NCBI GenBank assembly: GCA_044375275.1
Contig: JBILMZ010000001.1
Coordinates: 414 to 64,413 of the forward strand
Length of the DNA: 64,000 bases
Reading direction: 5' to 3'
DNA from: Micropepsaceae bacterium
GTDB lineage: Bacteria > Pseudomonadota > Alphaproteobacteria > Micropepsales > Micropepsaceae
Part shown: positions 30,386 through 40,705 of the stretch, piece after piece
Position numbering within the stretch: the stretch's first letter is position 1
Layout of the letters: every line of letters begins with the position of its first letter
Made by a program: the position numbers and the translations under genes
The notes under the pieces: generated by a model
The model's input: only the letters and a program-made list of their open reading frames with translations
Database searches by the model: none
Told to the model about the DNA's origin: nothing

Positions 30386-31243
30386 TCAGCTGCGCGACTG
30401 AAAACCGGTGCAGCGTACATAGCTGCGTTTCCACTCGGGAATGAAAATGCCCTGGCCCTTCTGCTCGAGATGGATCGTCTCGGGCAGGGCCTTCTCGCTG
30501 TCGTAGTCGCGCATGCGCACGACGTATTTGCCGGCCTCGGCATGAACGGACTCAATGCGCCAGTCGGCAATCGGATCGACAGGCAGCTTGACCGGTTTTT
30601 TCGCCGCCATTTTGTCGGCGAGCGCGAAACTGTTCCACCGGCTCAAGCGAAACTCGGACGGGCCGATCAGGGCAAAGAAGAGATACTGGGTCTCATTGAC
30701 TGCGCAGCGGTTACCGGTTTTTGGAACCAGGCGTTCGTCAATGAAGAAGGCTTCGTCTCCCGGCAGGTCCGACGCCAAAAACTTCATTGCATCCGCATCG
30801 ATTGAAATCACCGACCTGTCAGCAGCCTTGCTGCATCGCTTGAAGACCATCGTGTCGACGTCTCCGCCCAGCGATGCCGATGACCTGACGCGTGACATGA
30901 TCTTGTCCGTATCGGGCCGAAACCTGAAGACTTCATCACCGACAGTGAGTGTTAGCACACCGTTGGTCTCCGATGCCGAACTGATCCTGCCACGGATGGC
31001 GGTCTCGGATCCGTCACTGGCGAAGAGGACACCGCCGGATTTTTCAAACTCGATTGCCAGGGCCGTCGCCCCTGCCGGGGGCATGGATTTCGAACAGAGC
31101 TTGTCCGCGCTGACGTCGGTTGAAACGCCACTCCAAACCCCTTCAAGAAACGCCTTTCGCTCGGCGGCGAGATCAACGCCTTCCGCGAAGGCGGCCTGGC
31201 TGGAGAACATCAATGAAAGCAAAAACAGCGGCAGCAAACGCAT
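30386..31243 (-). CDS. Secreted hypothetical protein
   Basis: ATG 31243 gives MRLLPLFLLSLMFSSQAAFAEG signal peptide. No recognisable domain. Confidence 0.55.
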   Translation of the reverse strand: MRLLPLFLLSLMFSSQAAFAEGVDLAAERKAFLEGVWSGVSTDVSADKLCSKSMPPAGATALAIEFEKSGGVLFASDGSETAIRGRISSASETNGVLTLTVGDEVFRFRPDTDKIMSRVRSSASLGGDVDTMVFKRCSKAADRSVISIDADAMKFLASDLPGDEAFFIDERLVPKTGNRCAVNETQYLFFALIGPSEFRLSRWNSFALADKMAAKKPVKLPVDPIADWRIESVHAEAGKYVVRMRDYDSEKALPETIHLEQKGQGIFIPEWKRSYVRCTGFQSRS

Positions 31244-31324
31244 GGTGCAGGCGGCTCCACATCCCAACCCCGTTTCAACCGGCTGGGGCCAAGGGGGGGA
31301 CTATAGACAAACGCGCCGGCCGCG

Positions 31325-31885
31325 TCACCCTGCCGGTGGCAAGGACATTGTCCGAAGATACTCGTATTCATCACTGACGGTATTCTTGAAGTAGTCAGCT
31401 CCTTCAATCGTGCGGACCCTCGAAAATCCCAGCCTGGCCAGGACCGCGATTGACGCCGCGTTGCGCGTATCCACGTAGGCGAGCGCCAGGTCCGCCAGGT
31501 GGAGCCTTGAGAGATGCGAAAGCATGAGGCGGACGGCCCCCACGGCAACCCCGCGCCGCCGGAACCCGTCGAACACTTCATAAGCCACAAAGAGCTTCCG
31601 GTCCGAACGGCACGTGGCCTGGACGAGCCCGGCCGGATGTCCGTCCAGCATCATGACCCAGTTCAACCAGAGTTCGTCGCGTTCGGGCGAGCGTCTGCCT
31701 TCAAGGGTACGAAAGCGCGCCTGCAGCTGCTCAAGTGACTGCGGCGGGTCTTCAGGCACAAAGGTATAGAGTGCGGGATCCTGAAGCAGCGGGAACAAGG
31801 TCGCCGCATGCCGTTCCAGCAGCGGCTCGAGGATCAGTGGCGGCGCAGACAGGCGTTCGATCCGGTAATGATCAAACGCCTGCAC
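31325..31885 (-). CDS. GNAT-family N-acetyltransferase (RimJ/RimL-like)
   Basis: YEVFDGFRRRGVAVGAVRLML (acetyl-CoA binding R-x-x-G-x-A/G), N..SIAVLARLGF. It begins 7 nt downstream of rho. Confidence 0.8.
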   Translation of the reverse strand: MQAFDHYRIERLSAPPLILEPLLERHAATLFPLLQDPALYTFVPEDPPQSLEQLQARFRTLEGRRSPERDELWLNWVMMLDGHPAGLVQATCRSDRKLFVAYEVFDGFRRRGVAVGAVRLMLSHLSRLHLADLALAYVDTRNAASIAVLARLGFSRVRTIEGADYFKNTVSDEYEYLRTMSLPPAG

Positions 31886-31892
31886 GCAGGCC

Positions 31893-33167
31893 TCACGTAT
31901 TCATGGCGTCGAAGAAGTCTGAGTTCTGCTTCGTGCTCTTGAGCTTGTCGAGCAGGAACTCGATCGCGTCGGTCGCGCCCATCGGATTGAGGATGCGGCG
32001 CAGCACGTACATCTTCTGAAGGACGTTCTTCTCCACGAGGAGTTCTTCCTTGCGGGTGCCCGACTTGAGGATGTCCATGGACGGGAACACGCGCTTGTCC
32101 GCGACCTTGCGGTCGAGAACGATTTCCGAGTTACCGGTGCCCTTGAATTCTTCGAAGATGACTTCGTCCATTCGGCTGCCGGTATCGATCAGCGCCGTTG
32201 CGATGATGGTCAGCGAGCCGCCTTCCTCGATGTTACGGGCTGCACCGAAGAAGCGCTTGGGCCTCTGCAGCGCGTTTGCGTCAACACCGCCGGTCAGGAC
32301 CTTGCCCGAAGAGGGGACGACCGTGTTGTAGGCGCGGCCGAGACGGGTGACCGAGTCCAAAAGAATGACGACGTCGCGCTTGTGTTCAACAAGGCGCTTG
32401 GCCTTCTCGATCACCATCTCGGCGACCTGAACGTGGCGCGATGCCGGCTCGTCGAATGTCGACGAGATGACTTCGCCCTTTACCGTTCGCTGCATGTCCG
32501 TGACTTCTTCCGGACGCTCGTCGATCAGAAGAACGATCAGGAAGCACTCGGGATGGTTGGCCGAAATCGACCGGGCAATGTTCTGCAGCAGCACCGTCTT
32601 GCCGGTACGCGGCGGGGCGACGATCAAGGCGCGCTGGCCCTTGCCGAGTGGGGCCACGATGTCGATCACGCGTGCGGAGCGGTCCTTAATCGTGGGATCG
32701 GCCACTTCCATCTTCAGACGCTCATCCGGATAGAGCGGCGTCAGATTGTCGAAGTGAACCTTGTGGCGCTGCTTTTCCGGGTCTTCGAAGTTGACCGTAT
32801 TGACCTTGAGCAGGGCGAAGTAGCGCTCGCCGTCCTTGGGGCTGCGGATCGGTCCTTCAACCGTGTCGCCCGTGCGAAGGGCAAAGCGCCGGATCTGCGT
32901 CGGGCTGACGTAGATGTCGTCCGGGCCTGGCAGGTAATTGGATTCAGGGGCGCGGAGAAAGCCGAAGCCGTCCGAGAGAACTTCGACCACACCGGATCCG
33001 GTGATCTCGACTTCCTGTTCCGCCAATTGCTTCAGGATCGCAAACATCATGTCCTGTTTGCGCATGGCGCTCGCGTTCTCGATTTTCAGCTCTTCAGCCA
33101 GTTCGAGGAGGGCAGCCGGGGACTTGGACTTCAGGTCCTGGAGCTTCATTACTTCTTGAAGCGACAT
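31893..33167 (-). CDS. rho: Transcription termination factor Rho
   Basis: GFGFLR, RNP-like motif, Walker [20 protein letters not shown], 424 aa. Confidence 0.97.
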   Translation of the reverse strand: MSLQEVMKLQDLKSKSPAALLELAEELKIENASAMRKQDMMFAILKQLAEQEVEITGSGVVEVLSDGFGFLRAPESNYLPGPDDIYVSPTQIRRFALRTGDTVEGPIRSPKDGERYFALLKVNTVNFEDPEKQRHKVHFDNLTPLYPDERLKMEVADPTIKDRSARVIDIVAPLGKGQRALIVAPPRTGKTVLLQNIARSISANHPECFLIVLLIDERPEEVTDMQRTVKGEVISSTFDEPASRHVQVAEMVIEKAKRLVEHKRDVVILLDSVTRLGRAYNTVVPSSGKVLTGGVDANALQRPKRFFGAARNIEEGGSLTIIATALIDTGSRMDEVIFEEFKGTGNSEIVLDRKVADKRVFPSMDILKSGTRKEELLVEKNVLQKMYVLRRILNPMGATDAIEFLLDKLKSTKQNSDFFDAMNT

Positions 33168-33458
33168 ATGTAGTAAACTCTCTGATCGTTGAAATTAAGG
33201 GGAGGCAGGGATCGGGTGTTCAGGTCTTGCCGGGATCTGTTCCTGCGGCCGTGACCTTTGAAGGGAAGGGAGGTTTTCTGTTCGTTCGGTGGTTCCGGAC
33301 AGGATCCAGACCAGAATCCACACACAAGCGCGCTGGCTGGTGTCGACGTCCCGGACGATTTCTGAGAACGAAAGTACCTTACCCCAATCCGCTTCCGGTT
33401 TGAAGGGGTCAAATTCAAGTCATGGTTTCATGGACGGAATGGCCGGTTTCTGCCCGTT

Positions 33459-33902
33459 TCAGAAGGGTTTCACGACAACCAGAATGACGATCAGCATCAT
33501 CAGGACTGCCGGAACCTCGTTCACAATCCTGAAGAAACGCTGCGTCTTGCGGTTTTCGCCGCGCTCAAAATCCCGGCGCCAACGGGAAAACATGCCATGC
33601 ATGCCCGACAGAGCAATGACGAGGGCGAGCTTTCCGTGAAACCAGCCGGCTGACCATGCCTGCAGGGTTTCGACCAGAAGCAGGCCCAGGACCCACACTG
33701 CCACCATGGATGGGTTGATGATGATGCGCATCAGCTTGCGCTCCATCAGAACGAAGCGCTCGTACTCTGCCGACCCTTGCGCCGTTTCGCAGTGATACAC
33801 AAACAGGCGTGGCAGATAGAGCATGCCCGCCATCCACGCGATAACCGCGATGATGTGGAATGCCTTCAGCCACAGGTAATACGGCAGCAACAACTCGGTC
33901 AT
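33459..33902 (-). CDS. hemJ: Protoporphyrinogen IX oxidase HemJ (UPF0093/CopD-like)
   Basis: YLWLKAFHIIAVIAWMAGMLYLPRLFVYH signature. ATG 33902 overlaps the hemH stop (ATGA). Confidence 0.85.
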   Translation of the reverse strand: MTELLLPYYLWLKAFHIIAVIAWMAGMLYLPRLFVYHCETAQGSAEYERFVLMERKLMRIIINPSMVAVWVLGLLLVETLQAWSAGWFHGKLALVIALSGMHGMFSRWRRDFERGENRKTQRFFRIVNEVPAVLMMLIVILVVVKPF

Positions 33903-34936
33903 GCCGCCTTTTCCTGCAAGGCGCACTGGCCGCATTTTGCGGGGCAGACACGCTTGCCGCTGCCAGGCATGGTTCCCTTGCCATCGATCGCTTTGCGCAC
34001 CAATTTGGCGAGGCCGTCAATGAAGGCCGGGTGCGTGCCTACGGCGGGGACACGGTGGTAGTGGGGGACACCGCTTTCGGTTGCGAGCTCTGCGTATTCG
34101 ATGTCGAGTTCGACCAGCGTCTCGGAGTGTTCCGACACGAAGGCAACGGGGATCACGACAAGTGCCTTGCCTTCCTTTCCCGCTGCTTCGATCTCGTGTT
34201 CCGTTGAAGGGCCGATCCACTTCATCGGGCCGACACGGCTCTGGTAGCTGATACGCCAGTCCAGTCCCTCGATGCCCAGGCCCGATGCGATTGCTGCCGC
34301 TGTCTGTTCCACCTGTGCCTGGTAGGGGTCGCCGGACCTGATCACGCTCTCCGGCAATCCGTGCGCCGAAAAAAGGAGCCGATACTTGATGTTCGGCGGC
34401 ATGTCTTCAATCGTCTGCCGGATGAGCGCGCGATAGGCTTCAACGAAGCCGTCATCTTGCGGGTAGCAGCACAAGGTGACCGTCGGCGCGACCAGTTTTC
34501 CGCGACGCGCCTGCTCATGCCATTCGCGAATGGATGAGCGGGACGTCGTGGTCGAGTATTGTGGGTACAGCGGCAGCAGAATGATCCTGTTCGGCCTGAA
34601 CCGACGGACCTGTTCAACCACATCGCTTGCCCTTGGCGATGAGTAGCGCATCGCGACGAAAACTTCGCAGTGGTGCTCGCCGCCCTGCAATGCCGCCTGC
34701 AGCGCCGATGACTGGGTGTAGGTCTGACCGAGGATCGGCGAGCTCCCACCCAGCTTGGTATAGATTTCCCGCGCGATCGGGGCGCGCCTGCCCGAGATGA
34801 TCTTTGCGATCAGCCAGCGAAACGGGTTCGGAACGCGGATGATGGCCGGGTCATTGAACAGGTTGAACAGAAAGGGTTTCACCTCATCGAGCGAGCCGGG
34901 TCCCCCGAGATTGAACAGAACGACTGCCACTCTCAT
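33899..34936 (-). CDS. hemH: Ferrochelatase
   Basis: VVLFNLGGP, LLPLYPQYS.TT, LFSAHGLP, VSEHSETL motifs. 4-nt overlap with hemE. Confidence 0.95.
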   Translation of the reverse strand: MRVAVVLFNLGGPGSLDEVKPFLFNLFNDPAIIRVPNPFRWLIAKIISGRRAPIAREIYTKLGGSSPILGQTYTQSSALQAALQGGEHHCEVFVAMRYSSPRASDVVEQVRRFRPNRIILLPLYPQYSTTTSRSSIREWHEQARRGKLVAPTVTLCCYPQDDGFVEAYRALIRQTIEDMPPNIKYRLLFSAHGLPESVIRSGDPYQAQVEQTAAAIASGLGIEGLDWRISYQSRVGPMKWIGPSTEHEIEAAGKEGKALVVIPVAFVSEHSETLVELDIEYAELATESGVPHYHRVPAVGTHPAFIDGLAKLVRKAIDGKGTMPGSGKRVCPAKCGQCALQEKAA

Positions 34937-35970
34937 CGGGATGCCCTTACCTGCGCGATCATGTTCTCGACATGCCGGATCGGTGTTTCCTGGCGGATGC
35001 CGTGTCCCAGGTTGAAAATGTGCGGCGTGCCGGCGGTCTCGTCGAGAATGTGCCTGATGGCAGAGGTCTGTGCCTCGCCGCCTACGGCCAGAACCATCGG
35101 ATCGAGATTGCCCTGGGTCGCCAGAGTGGGGGACATGATGGAACGGGCTGTCGCGAGAGAGGTCTGGAAGTCTATGCTCACGCCGTTGGCCCCTGTTCGC
35201 TCAATGTAGGTCGACAGGTTCATGCCGCTTCCGCGCGGAAACACGATGAACGGGATCGACGGATATGAGCTCCTTACGCGGCTGATGATCTTCCGGATTG
35301 GTTCGACTGAATATTTGCTGACCATGCCGGCTGGAATGGCTCCCGCCCAGCTTTCAAAGATCTGCAGGACTTCTGCGCCAGCCCTGACCTGCTCGATGAG
35401 ATACAGGGCTGTGGCCTCGACCAGGGTCTCCATCAGGCCATCGAGTTCGGCGGGGTAGGTGGCTGCGAACCGACGCAGGTCTTCGCTGTCGTCGGAGCTG
35501 CCACCGGCTACCATGTAGTTCGCGACCGTCCAAGGGGCACCCGCAAATCCGATCAGCGTCACGTTCCGGGGGAGGGTTGCCTTCACCCGCGACACCGTTT
35601 CAAAAACAGGTGCCAGCCGGGTGTTGGCCGACGCGGCTTTCATTTTTGCGAAGTCCGACGGACCGAACTTTTCCAGCTTCGGGCCTTCGCCTTCCGCGAA
35701 CCAAAGGCGCTGACCGAGGGCGTGGGGAATTACCAGGATATCCGAAAACAGGATGGCCGCATCGAAGCCGAAACGCCGGATTGGCTGGAGTGTTACTTCC
35801 GTGGCAAAATCGGGGGTGAAACACAGGGTCATGAAATCGCCGGCCTTGGCTCTCAAGTCCCTGTATTCGCTGAGATATCTGCCAGCCTGGCGCATGAGCC
35901 AGATCGGAGTCGGGGAGACCGGTTTTCCTGACAGCACGGCCAGAAGCGGCTTCGGTTCAGTTCCAGTCAC
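34933..35970 (-). CDS. hemE: Uroporphyrinogen decarboxylase
   Basis: PIWLMRQAGRYL.EY, ILFSDILV, FNLGHGI motifs. GTG start at 35970. Confidence 0.95.
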   Translation of the reverse strand: MTGTEPKPLLAVLSGKPVSPTPIWLMRQAGRYLSEYRDLRAKAGDFMTLCFTPDFATEVTLQPIRRFGFDAAILFSDILVIPHALGQRLWFAEGEGPKLEKFGPSDFAKMKAASANTRLAPVFETVSRVKATLPRNVTLIGFAGAPWTVANYMVAGGSSDDSEDLRRFAATYPAELDGLMETLVEATALYLIEQVRAGAEVLQIFESWAGAIPAGMVSKYSVEPIRKIISRVRSSYPSIPFIVFPRGSGMNLSTYIERTGANGVSIDFQTSLATARSIMSPTLATQGNLDPMVLAVGGEAQTSAIRHILDETAGTPHIFNLGHGIRQETPIRHVENMIAQVRASR

Positions 35971-36348
35971 TGGTTCATCCCTGTTTTCATATTCTTAGTT
36001 ATATTTATTAGTGGTTTGGTAGGAAGATGTAGGGCGTGTGGACAATTGGGACAGACGGGGCGTCCCTCGGTCATCCCCAAAGTGGTACCCAGGGGGCAAA
36101 GAAATCCATAGCTGGGGAGAATGAGTCGAATTGTCATATTTCCTGCCAGAGTGTGGCCGCCGCGCAATGTGGATGTCTTGGGTACGTTCCGCAGAGTCAA
36201 AAGTTGCGGATAAAGTTGGATTCGAATTCAGGTGTGGTGGATATGCAATGGATAGGACACGGTCCAAGGGTGGATAGGTCAGGGGGGGTGTGTTCTCCCA
36301 GTCTCATGCCGAGGGTTTTTCGGAGAGTATCTACAGAAAGATCCTCAG
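35971..36348. other. oriC: Candidate chromosomal replication origin (oriC) between hemE and the ppsR-like gene
   Basis: 378-bp non-coding gap. AT-rich stretch 35981-36013. DnaA-box-like 9-mers TGTGGACAA 36037, TGTGGATGT 36168, TGCGGATAA 36205, GGTGGATAT 36236, AATGGATAG 36247, GGTGGATAG 36269. GANTC at 36123, 36194 and 36219. Gene orientation switches from minus to plus here. Same hemE|ori|DUF299-maf-aroE-coaE-dnaQ order as Caulobacter Cori. Confidence 0.75.
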
Positions 36349-37194
36349 GTGAGTGAGCGCAAGAACGGCGGCATTGCCATCTATTTTCACCTGCACCTGA
36401 TTTCCGACTCCACGGGTGAGACGCTGAATGCGGTCGCAAAAGCGGCGTGTGCGCAGTTTGATATGGGTCGTCCGCTCGAGCATTTCTATCCTCTGGTCCG
36501 CAATCGCAAGCAACTGGATCGGGCTTTTCTCGAGCTTGAAGCTTCGCCGGGTCTGGTGCTTCACACCATGGTAAATGCCGAACTCCGGGAAGCGCTGGAG
36601 GCCCGGTGCCGTGAGTTGGGCCTTCCGTCTGTTGCCGTCCTGGATCCCGTCATGTCTACGCTGGGCAGCTATCTGGGTGTTGAGGAAAGTCACCGGCCAG
36701 GGGCCCAGCATGAGCTGGACGCGCGCTATTTTTCGCGGATCGAGGCGCTCAATTACACGATGGCGCACGATGACGGGCAGAGCACGTCGACCCTCCACCA
36801 GGCGGACGTCGTGCTGGTCGGCGTCAGTCGAACGTCGAAGACGCCTACGTGCATCTACCTTGCCAATCGCGGCATCAAGGCAGCCAACATTCCCATCGTC
36901 TCCGGGGTGCCGCTTCCCGCAGAACTGCACGCCATCAAGGGGCCGCTGATCGTCGGACTTGTCGTCAATCCCGAGCGGCTCCTGCACATCCGCAAAAACC
37001 GGTTGCTGTCGCTGAAAGCCGAGACCGATACGGAATATGTCGATCTTGATGCGATCCGGGCCGAGCTCGTCATTGCGAGGAAGCTTTTTGCCGAAAAGGG
37101 CTGGCCCGTCATCGATGTAACGCGGCGGTCGATCGAGGAAACCGCGGCGGAAGTCCTGGCGTTGCACAATCGGGCTGATCCAAAGTCGCCATGA
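36349..37194 (+). CDS. Pyruvate,phosphate dikinase / PEP synthase regulatory protein (DUF299 bifunctional kinase-pyrophosphorylase)
   Basis: HLHLISDSTGETL, VLVGVSRTSKTPTCIYLANRG.K.AN.P motifs. GTG start. Confidence 0.9.
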   Translation: MSERKNGGIAIYFHLHLISDSTGETLNAVAKAACAQFDMGRPLEHFYPLVRNRKQLDRAFLELEASPGLVLHTMVNAELREALEARCRELGLPSVAVLDPVMSTLGSYLGVEESHRPGAQHELDARYFSRIEALNYTMAHDDGQSTSTLHQADVVLVGVSRTSKTPTCIYLANRGIKAANIPIVSGVPLPAELHAIKGPLIVGLVVNPERLLHIRKNRLLSLKAETDTEYVDLDAIRAELVIARKLFAEKGWPVIDVTRRSIEETAAEVLALHNRADPKSP

Positions 37195-37787
37195 AACAGA
37201 TCGTACTTGCATCGCAAAGTTCGGCCCGCCGGCGAATGCTTGAGGTGGCGGGGGTGGTGTTTGAGTGCCGTGCGGCGGCTATCGATGAAGCTGCCATCGT
37301 TGAATCCATGCGCGTGGAAAGGGCAGGCGGGCGGAACATCGCGGACTGCCTGGCGGAACTGAAGGCGCTCCGGGTTTCCCGCTCTGATCCCGTGTCCTGG
37401 GTCATCGGGGCCGACCAGGTGCTTAGCGCGGACGGAGAGATTTTCGAGAAACCCGGCACTGTCGAAGGCGCCCGGCGGCAGTTGAAACAGCTTCGCGGGA
37501 AACAACACATCCTTCACTCTGCCGTTTGCGTGGCGCAAAACGGGCAGGTCGTCTGGCGGCATGTCGGCGAAGCCAAAATGACCATGCGTCCGTTTTCGGA
37601 TGCTTTTCTCGAGACCTACCTTGTGGACGCTGGTGCGGACATATTGGGGAGTGTCGGTGCGTATCACGTGGAAAACCTAGGGATTCAGCTCTTTTCGAAG
37701 ATCGATGGAGACATTTTCACGGTGCAGGGGTTGCCGCTTCTCGCGCTTCTCGATTTCCTGCGCCTTCATGAACTGGTGAGGACCTGA
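37191..37787 (+). CDS. maf: Maf-like nucleoside-triphosphate pyrophosphatase
   Basis: IVLASQSSARRRML, GADQV, GAY..E..G motifs. ATGA overlap with the upstream gene. Confidence 0.9.
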   Translation: MKQIVLASQSSARRRMLEVAGVVFECRAAAIDEAAIVESMRVERAGGRNIADCLAELKALRVSRSDPVSWVIGADQVLSADGEIFEKPGTVEGARRQLKQLRGKQHILHSAVCVAQNGQVVWRHVGEAKMTMRPFSDAFLETYLVDAGADILGSVGAYHVENLGIQLFSKIDGDIFTVQGLPLLALLDFLRLHELVRT

Positions 37788-38632
37788 TGATCTCCGGACG
37801 TGCAATGCTTGCCGGGGTTGCCGGCTGGCCAATCGCCCATTCGCTTTCGCCAGCGCTTCACGGTTTCTGGATCGACCGGCTTCGCCTGGATGCGGCCTAT
37901 GTTCCCCTGCCGATCGAGCCCGGGAATTTCGAGAAGGCGGTCGCGTGCCTTCCGCTGGTTGGCTTCAAGGGCATCAATGTCACGCTGCCCCACAAGGAAG
38001 CCGCGTTCAGGCTGGCCAGTCATGCTGACGATGCCGCGCGTGCGACGAGAGCCGCGAATACACTTGTCTTTGACGGGCTGAGAGTTCACGCCATGAATAC
38101 GGATGTGCCCGGTTTTCTTGCATCGCTCGATGATGCGTCAGTCGGAAGCCTGTCAGGAGCCTCCGTGCTTGTTCTGGGCGCAGGTGGTGCAGCGCGTGCA
38201 ATCATCTTTGCGCTGCTCTCGCGGGGAGCCGATCGTGTCGTGATCGCCAATCGCACCCGCGCGACTGCCGACGGGCTTGCCGGTTTCTTTGGTCAGAAGG
38301 TCGTGGCGGTGGACTGGAAGGATGTGCCTGCCGCATTGCCGGCGTGCGATCTTCTGGTGAACAGTACCAAGCTTGGAATGGTTGGACAGGACAGGCTCGT
38401 CATCGGACTTGATCTGCTGAAGTCTGGTGCGACGGTGGTCGATATCGTCTACAGGCCCCTTGAGACCGAGCTGTTGCGTGATGCCCGGCTTCGCGGACAT
38501 CGCGTCGTGGATGGACTGGGCATGTTGCTCCATCAGGCTGTGCCTGCATTCCATGCATGGTTCGGCACGAGGCCCCAAGTGACGGCGGAACTGCGGGCAC
38601 ATCTTCTTGGCATTCTTGAAAGCGGTTCGTGA
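37787..38632 (+). CDS. aroE: Shikimate 5-dehydrogenase
   Basis: [39 protein letters not shown] motifs. Confidence 0.93.
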   Translation: MISGRAMLAGVAGWPIAHSLSPALHGFWIDRLRLDAAYVPLPIEPGNFEKAVACLPLVGFKGINVTLPHKEAAFRLASHADDAARATRAANTLVFDGLRVHAMNTDVPGFLASLDDASVGSLSGASVLVLGAGGAARAIIFALLSRGADRVVIANRTRATADGLAGFFGQKVVAVDWKDVPAALPACDLLVNSTKLGMVGQDRLVIGLDLLKSGATVVDIVYRPLETELLRDARLRGHRVVDGLGMLLHQAVPAFHAWFGTRPQVTAELRAHLLGILESGS

Positions 38633-39243
38633 TGCTCATCATCGGCCTTACCGGTTCCATCGGCATGGGAAAGAGCGAGACGGCAAAAATGTTTGCCCGT
38701 CACGGCGTTCCGGTCTGCGATGCAGATGCGCTGGTTCATGCTCTTTATGAACGTGGTGGTGCGGCGGTCCCTTTCATTGCCGCGCTGTTTCCTGACGCCT
38801 GCGTGGATGGGCGGATCGACAGGGAACGACTTTCAGCCCAGGTCCTGGGAAAGACGGAGATGCTGCGGAAGCTTGAGCAGATTGTTCATCCGCTGGTGGG
38901 GCAGGCGCAAGCGCAGTTCCTGCAGTCCCATGCTGCGCAAGGCACTGAAATGGTTCTTCTGGACATACCACTCCTGCTTGAATCCCAGGGGCCGCGCCGG
39001 GTCGATGTCATTGTTGTGGTATCTGCGCCAGCTGATATTCAACGTGCGCGCGTCCTCGCAAGGCCGGGCATGACGGCAGACAAATTCGAGACCATTCTCA
39101 GGAAGCAGTTGCCCGACGAAATCAAGCGTGCAAAAGCCGATTTCGTTATTGATACGTCACGCGGATTTCAATACGCGGAAGAGCAGGTGGTCGCCGTCAT
39201 TGGTGTACTGCGCGGCCGCCGAGGCGAAATCTGGAAAGACTGA
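38632..39243 (+). CDS. coaE: Dephospho-CoA kinase
   Basis: [16 protein letters not shown]-loop. ATG 38632 overlaps the aroE TGA by 1 nt (the track start at 38629 is GTG). Confidence 0.93.
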   Translation: MLIIGLTGSIGMGKSETAKMFARHGVPVCDADALVHALYERGGAAVPFIAALFPDACVDGRIDRERLSAQVLGKTEMLRKLEQIVHPLVGQAQAQFLQSHAAQGTEMVLLDIPLLLESQGPRRVDVIVVVSAPADIQRARVLARPGMTADKFETILRKQLPDEIKRAKADFVIDTSRGFQYAEEQVVAVIGVLRGRRGEIWKD

Positions 39244-39245
39244 TC

Positions 39246-39935
39246 ATGCGTGAAATTGTTCTCGATACCGAAACAACGGGGCTTGAGCCTTCACAGGGAC
39301 ACCGGATCATTGAGATCGGATGCCTTGAACTCAACAACCGCACGCCGACTGGCGCCAAGTATCACGTCTACATCAATCCCCAGCGGGACGTTCCGGAAGA
39401 AGCGCAGAAGATCAGCAATCTCTCGACGGAGTTCCTGCAGGACAAGCCTCTCTTTGCCGATGTCGTCGATGGCTTCATCGAGTTCATCGCCGACAGCCCG
39501 CTTGTCATTCACAATGCCGAGTTCGACATCAAGTTCCTGAATTCCGAATTTACCAAGGCCAAGAGGCCTACCTTGCCGCTCGCGCGTGCCATCGACACGG
39601 TCCACATCGCGCGCAAGAAATTTCCGGGATCGCCGGCGTCTCTTGATGCGCTCTGCCGACGCTTCAACATCAGTCTTGATGAACGAAAGTCGAAGGGCCA
39701 CGGGGCCATGCTCGACGTGGAACTTCTCGCCCAGGTTTATCTCGAGCTGCTGGGTGGCAAGCAGCCGGGGCTTGAGCTTGTGGCGAAGTCAACGGGAGCC
39801 TCCGGTGTCGTCCTGAAGCGGCAGCCGGCAACGCCACGACCCGTTGCGCTACCCTCGCGCCTGAGTGACGACGAGCGCAGCCGTCATGACGCGCTCATCG
39901 CCAGCCTTGGTGACAAGGCGATCTGGAAGAACTAG
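39246..39935 (+). CDS. dnaQ: DNA polymerase III epsilon subunit (3'-5' exonuclease)
   Basis: Exo I VLDTETTGL, Exo II VIHNAEFDIKFL, Exo III HGAMLDVELL. Confidence 0.95.
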   Translation: MREIVLDTETTGLEPSQGHRIIEIGCLELNNRTPTGAKYHVYINPQRDVPEEAQKISNLSTEFLQDKPLFADVVDGFIEFIADSPLVIHNAEFDIKFLNSEFTKAKRPTLPLARAIDTVHIARKKFPGSPASLDALCRRFNISLDERKSKGHGAMLDVELLAQVYLELLGGKQPGLELVAKSTGASGVVLKRQPATPRPVALPSRLSDDERSRHDALIASLGDKAIWKN

Positions 39936-39954
39936 CTGGAAGAACCAGGCCGGT

Positions 39955-40449
39955 TCAGGCGCTGGCCGTCTGGGCCTTCTGCTGCGCCAGCTGGGCGCGA
40001 TACAGGGTCATGAAGTCGATCGGATCCAGTAGCAGCGGCGGGAAACCACCGTCACGCGTCAGGTCGGCAACCACGCGACGTGCGAAGGGGAACAGCTGAC
40101 GCGGGCATTCGATCAGCAGGATCGGCTGAATGTTCTCCTGGCTGATGTTCTTCAGCATGAACACGCCGGCATAGGTCACTTCGCAGACGAATACGGTCTG
40201 GTTCGCCGACTTGGCGTCGGCACGCACACGGATCTGGACTTCGTACTGGTCCACCCCGAGACCGCGGGCCTGGACATCAACGCCGACCTCGAGAGCCGGC
40301 TTCTGGCCCTGAAGGCTCATCGGCGCCCCCGGGTTCTCGAATGACAAATCCTTAACGTATTGCGCCAGCACCTGGATCTGGGCGGCAGAAGCCGCTGCGC
40401 CCTGAAGATCCATTCCCTGTCCATTGCCGTTTGATTGTGTGTCGCTCAT
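39955..40449 (-). CDS. secB: Protein-export chaperone SecB
   Basis: QIQVLAQYVKDLSFENP...FVCEVTYAGVF...LLIECPRQLFPFAR..V. The start is ATG 40449 or 40476. Confidence 0.92.
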   Translation of the reverse strand: MSDTQSNGNGQGMDLQGAAASAAQIQVLAQYVKDLSFENPGAPMSLQGQKPALEVGVDVQARGLGVDQYEVQIRVRADAKSANQTVFVCEVTYAGVFMLKNISQENIQPILLIECPRQLFPFARRVVADLTRDGGFPPLLLDPIDFMTLYRAQLAQQKAQTASA

Positions 40450-40705
40450 TCGTCCGGTGTCCTTGAAAACTCGCATTTTAGCGCAATTTATGTGGCGGGG
40501 TGGCTATCATGGTTCTTGGTTCTGAGACAAGCAATTGTGTGGTTCAGCGAATTTTTGCCATGTCTTGCAGCAGGTTTTGCAGGAACTGCCGTTTAGTCTA
40601 TGGACCCTGAAGAGGCTCGCATTGTAGGGTTTTCCCCATGGGGTGCACCTCGATTTGTGGTGCGGGGTTGTCAGCCATGACCCCTGATGAAGTTGGATAG
40701 GTGAG

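Noticed and set aside
35971-36348. Search for TTAA-N7-TTAA CtrA sites in the oriC candidate
   Set aside because: I found none on reading the 378 bp, so no CtrA sites are called. This absence is mentioned in the oriC finding.
36331-37212. 293-aa ORF antisense to the ppsR-like gene
   Set aside because: The sense strand has the DUF299 P-loop-like motifs and fits the conserved synteny. The antisense ORF is a GC-rich shadow frame.
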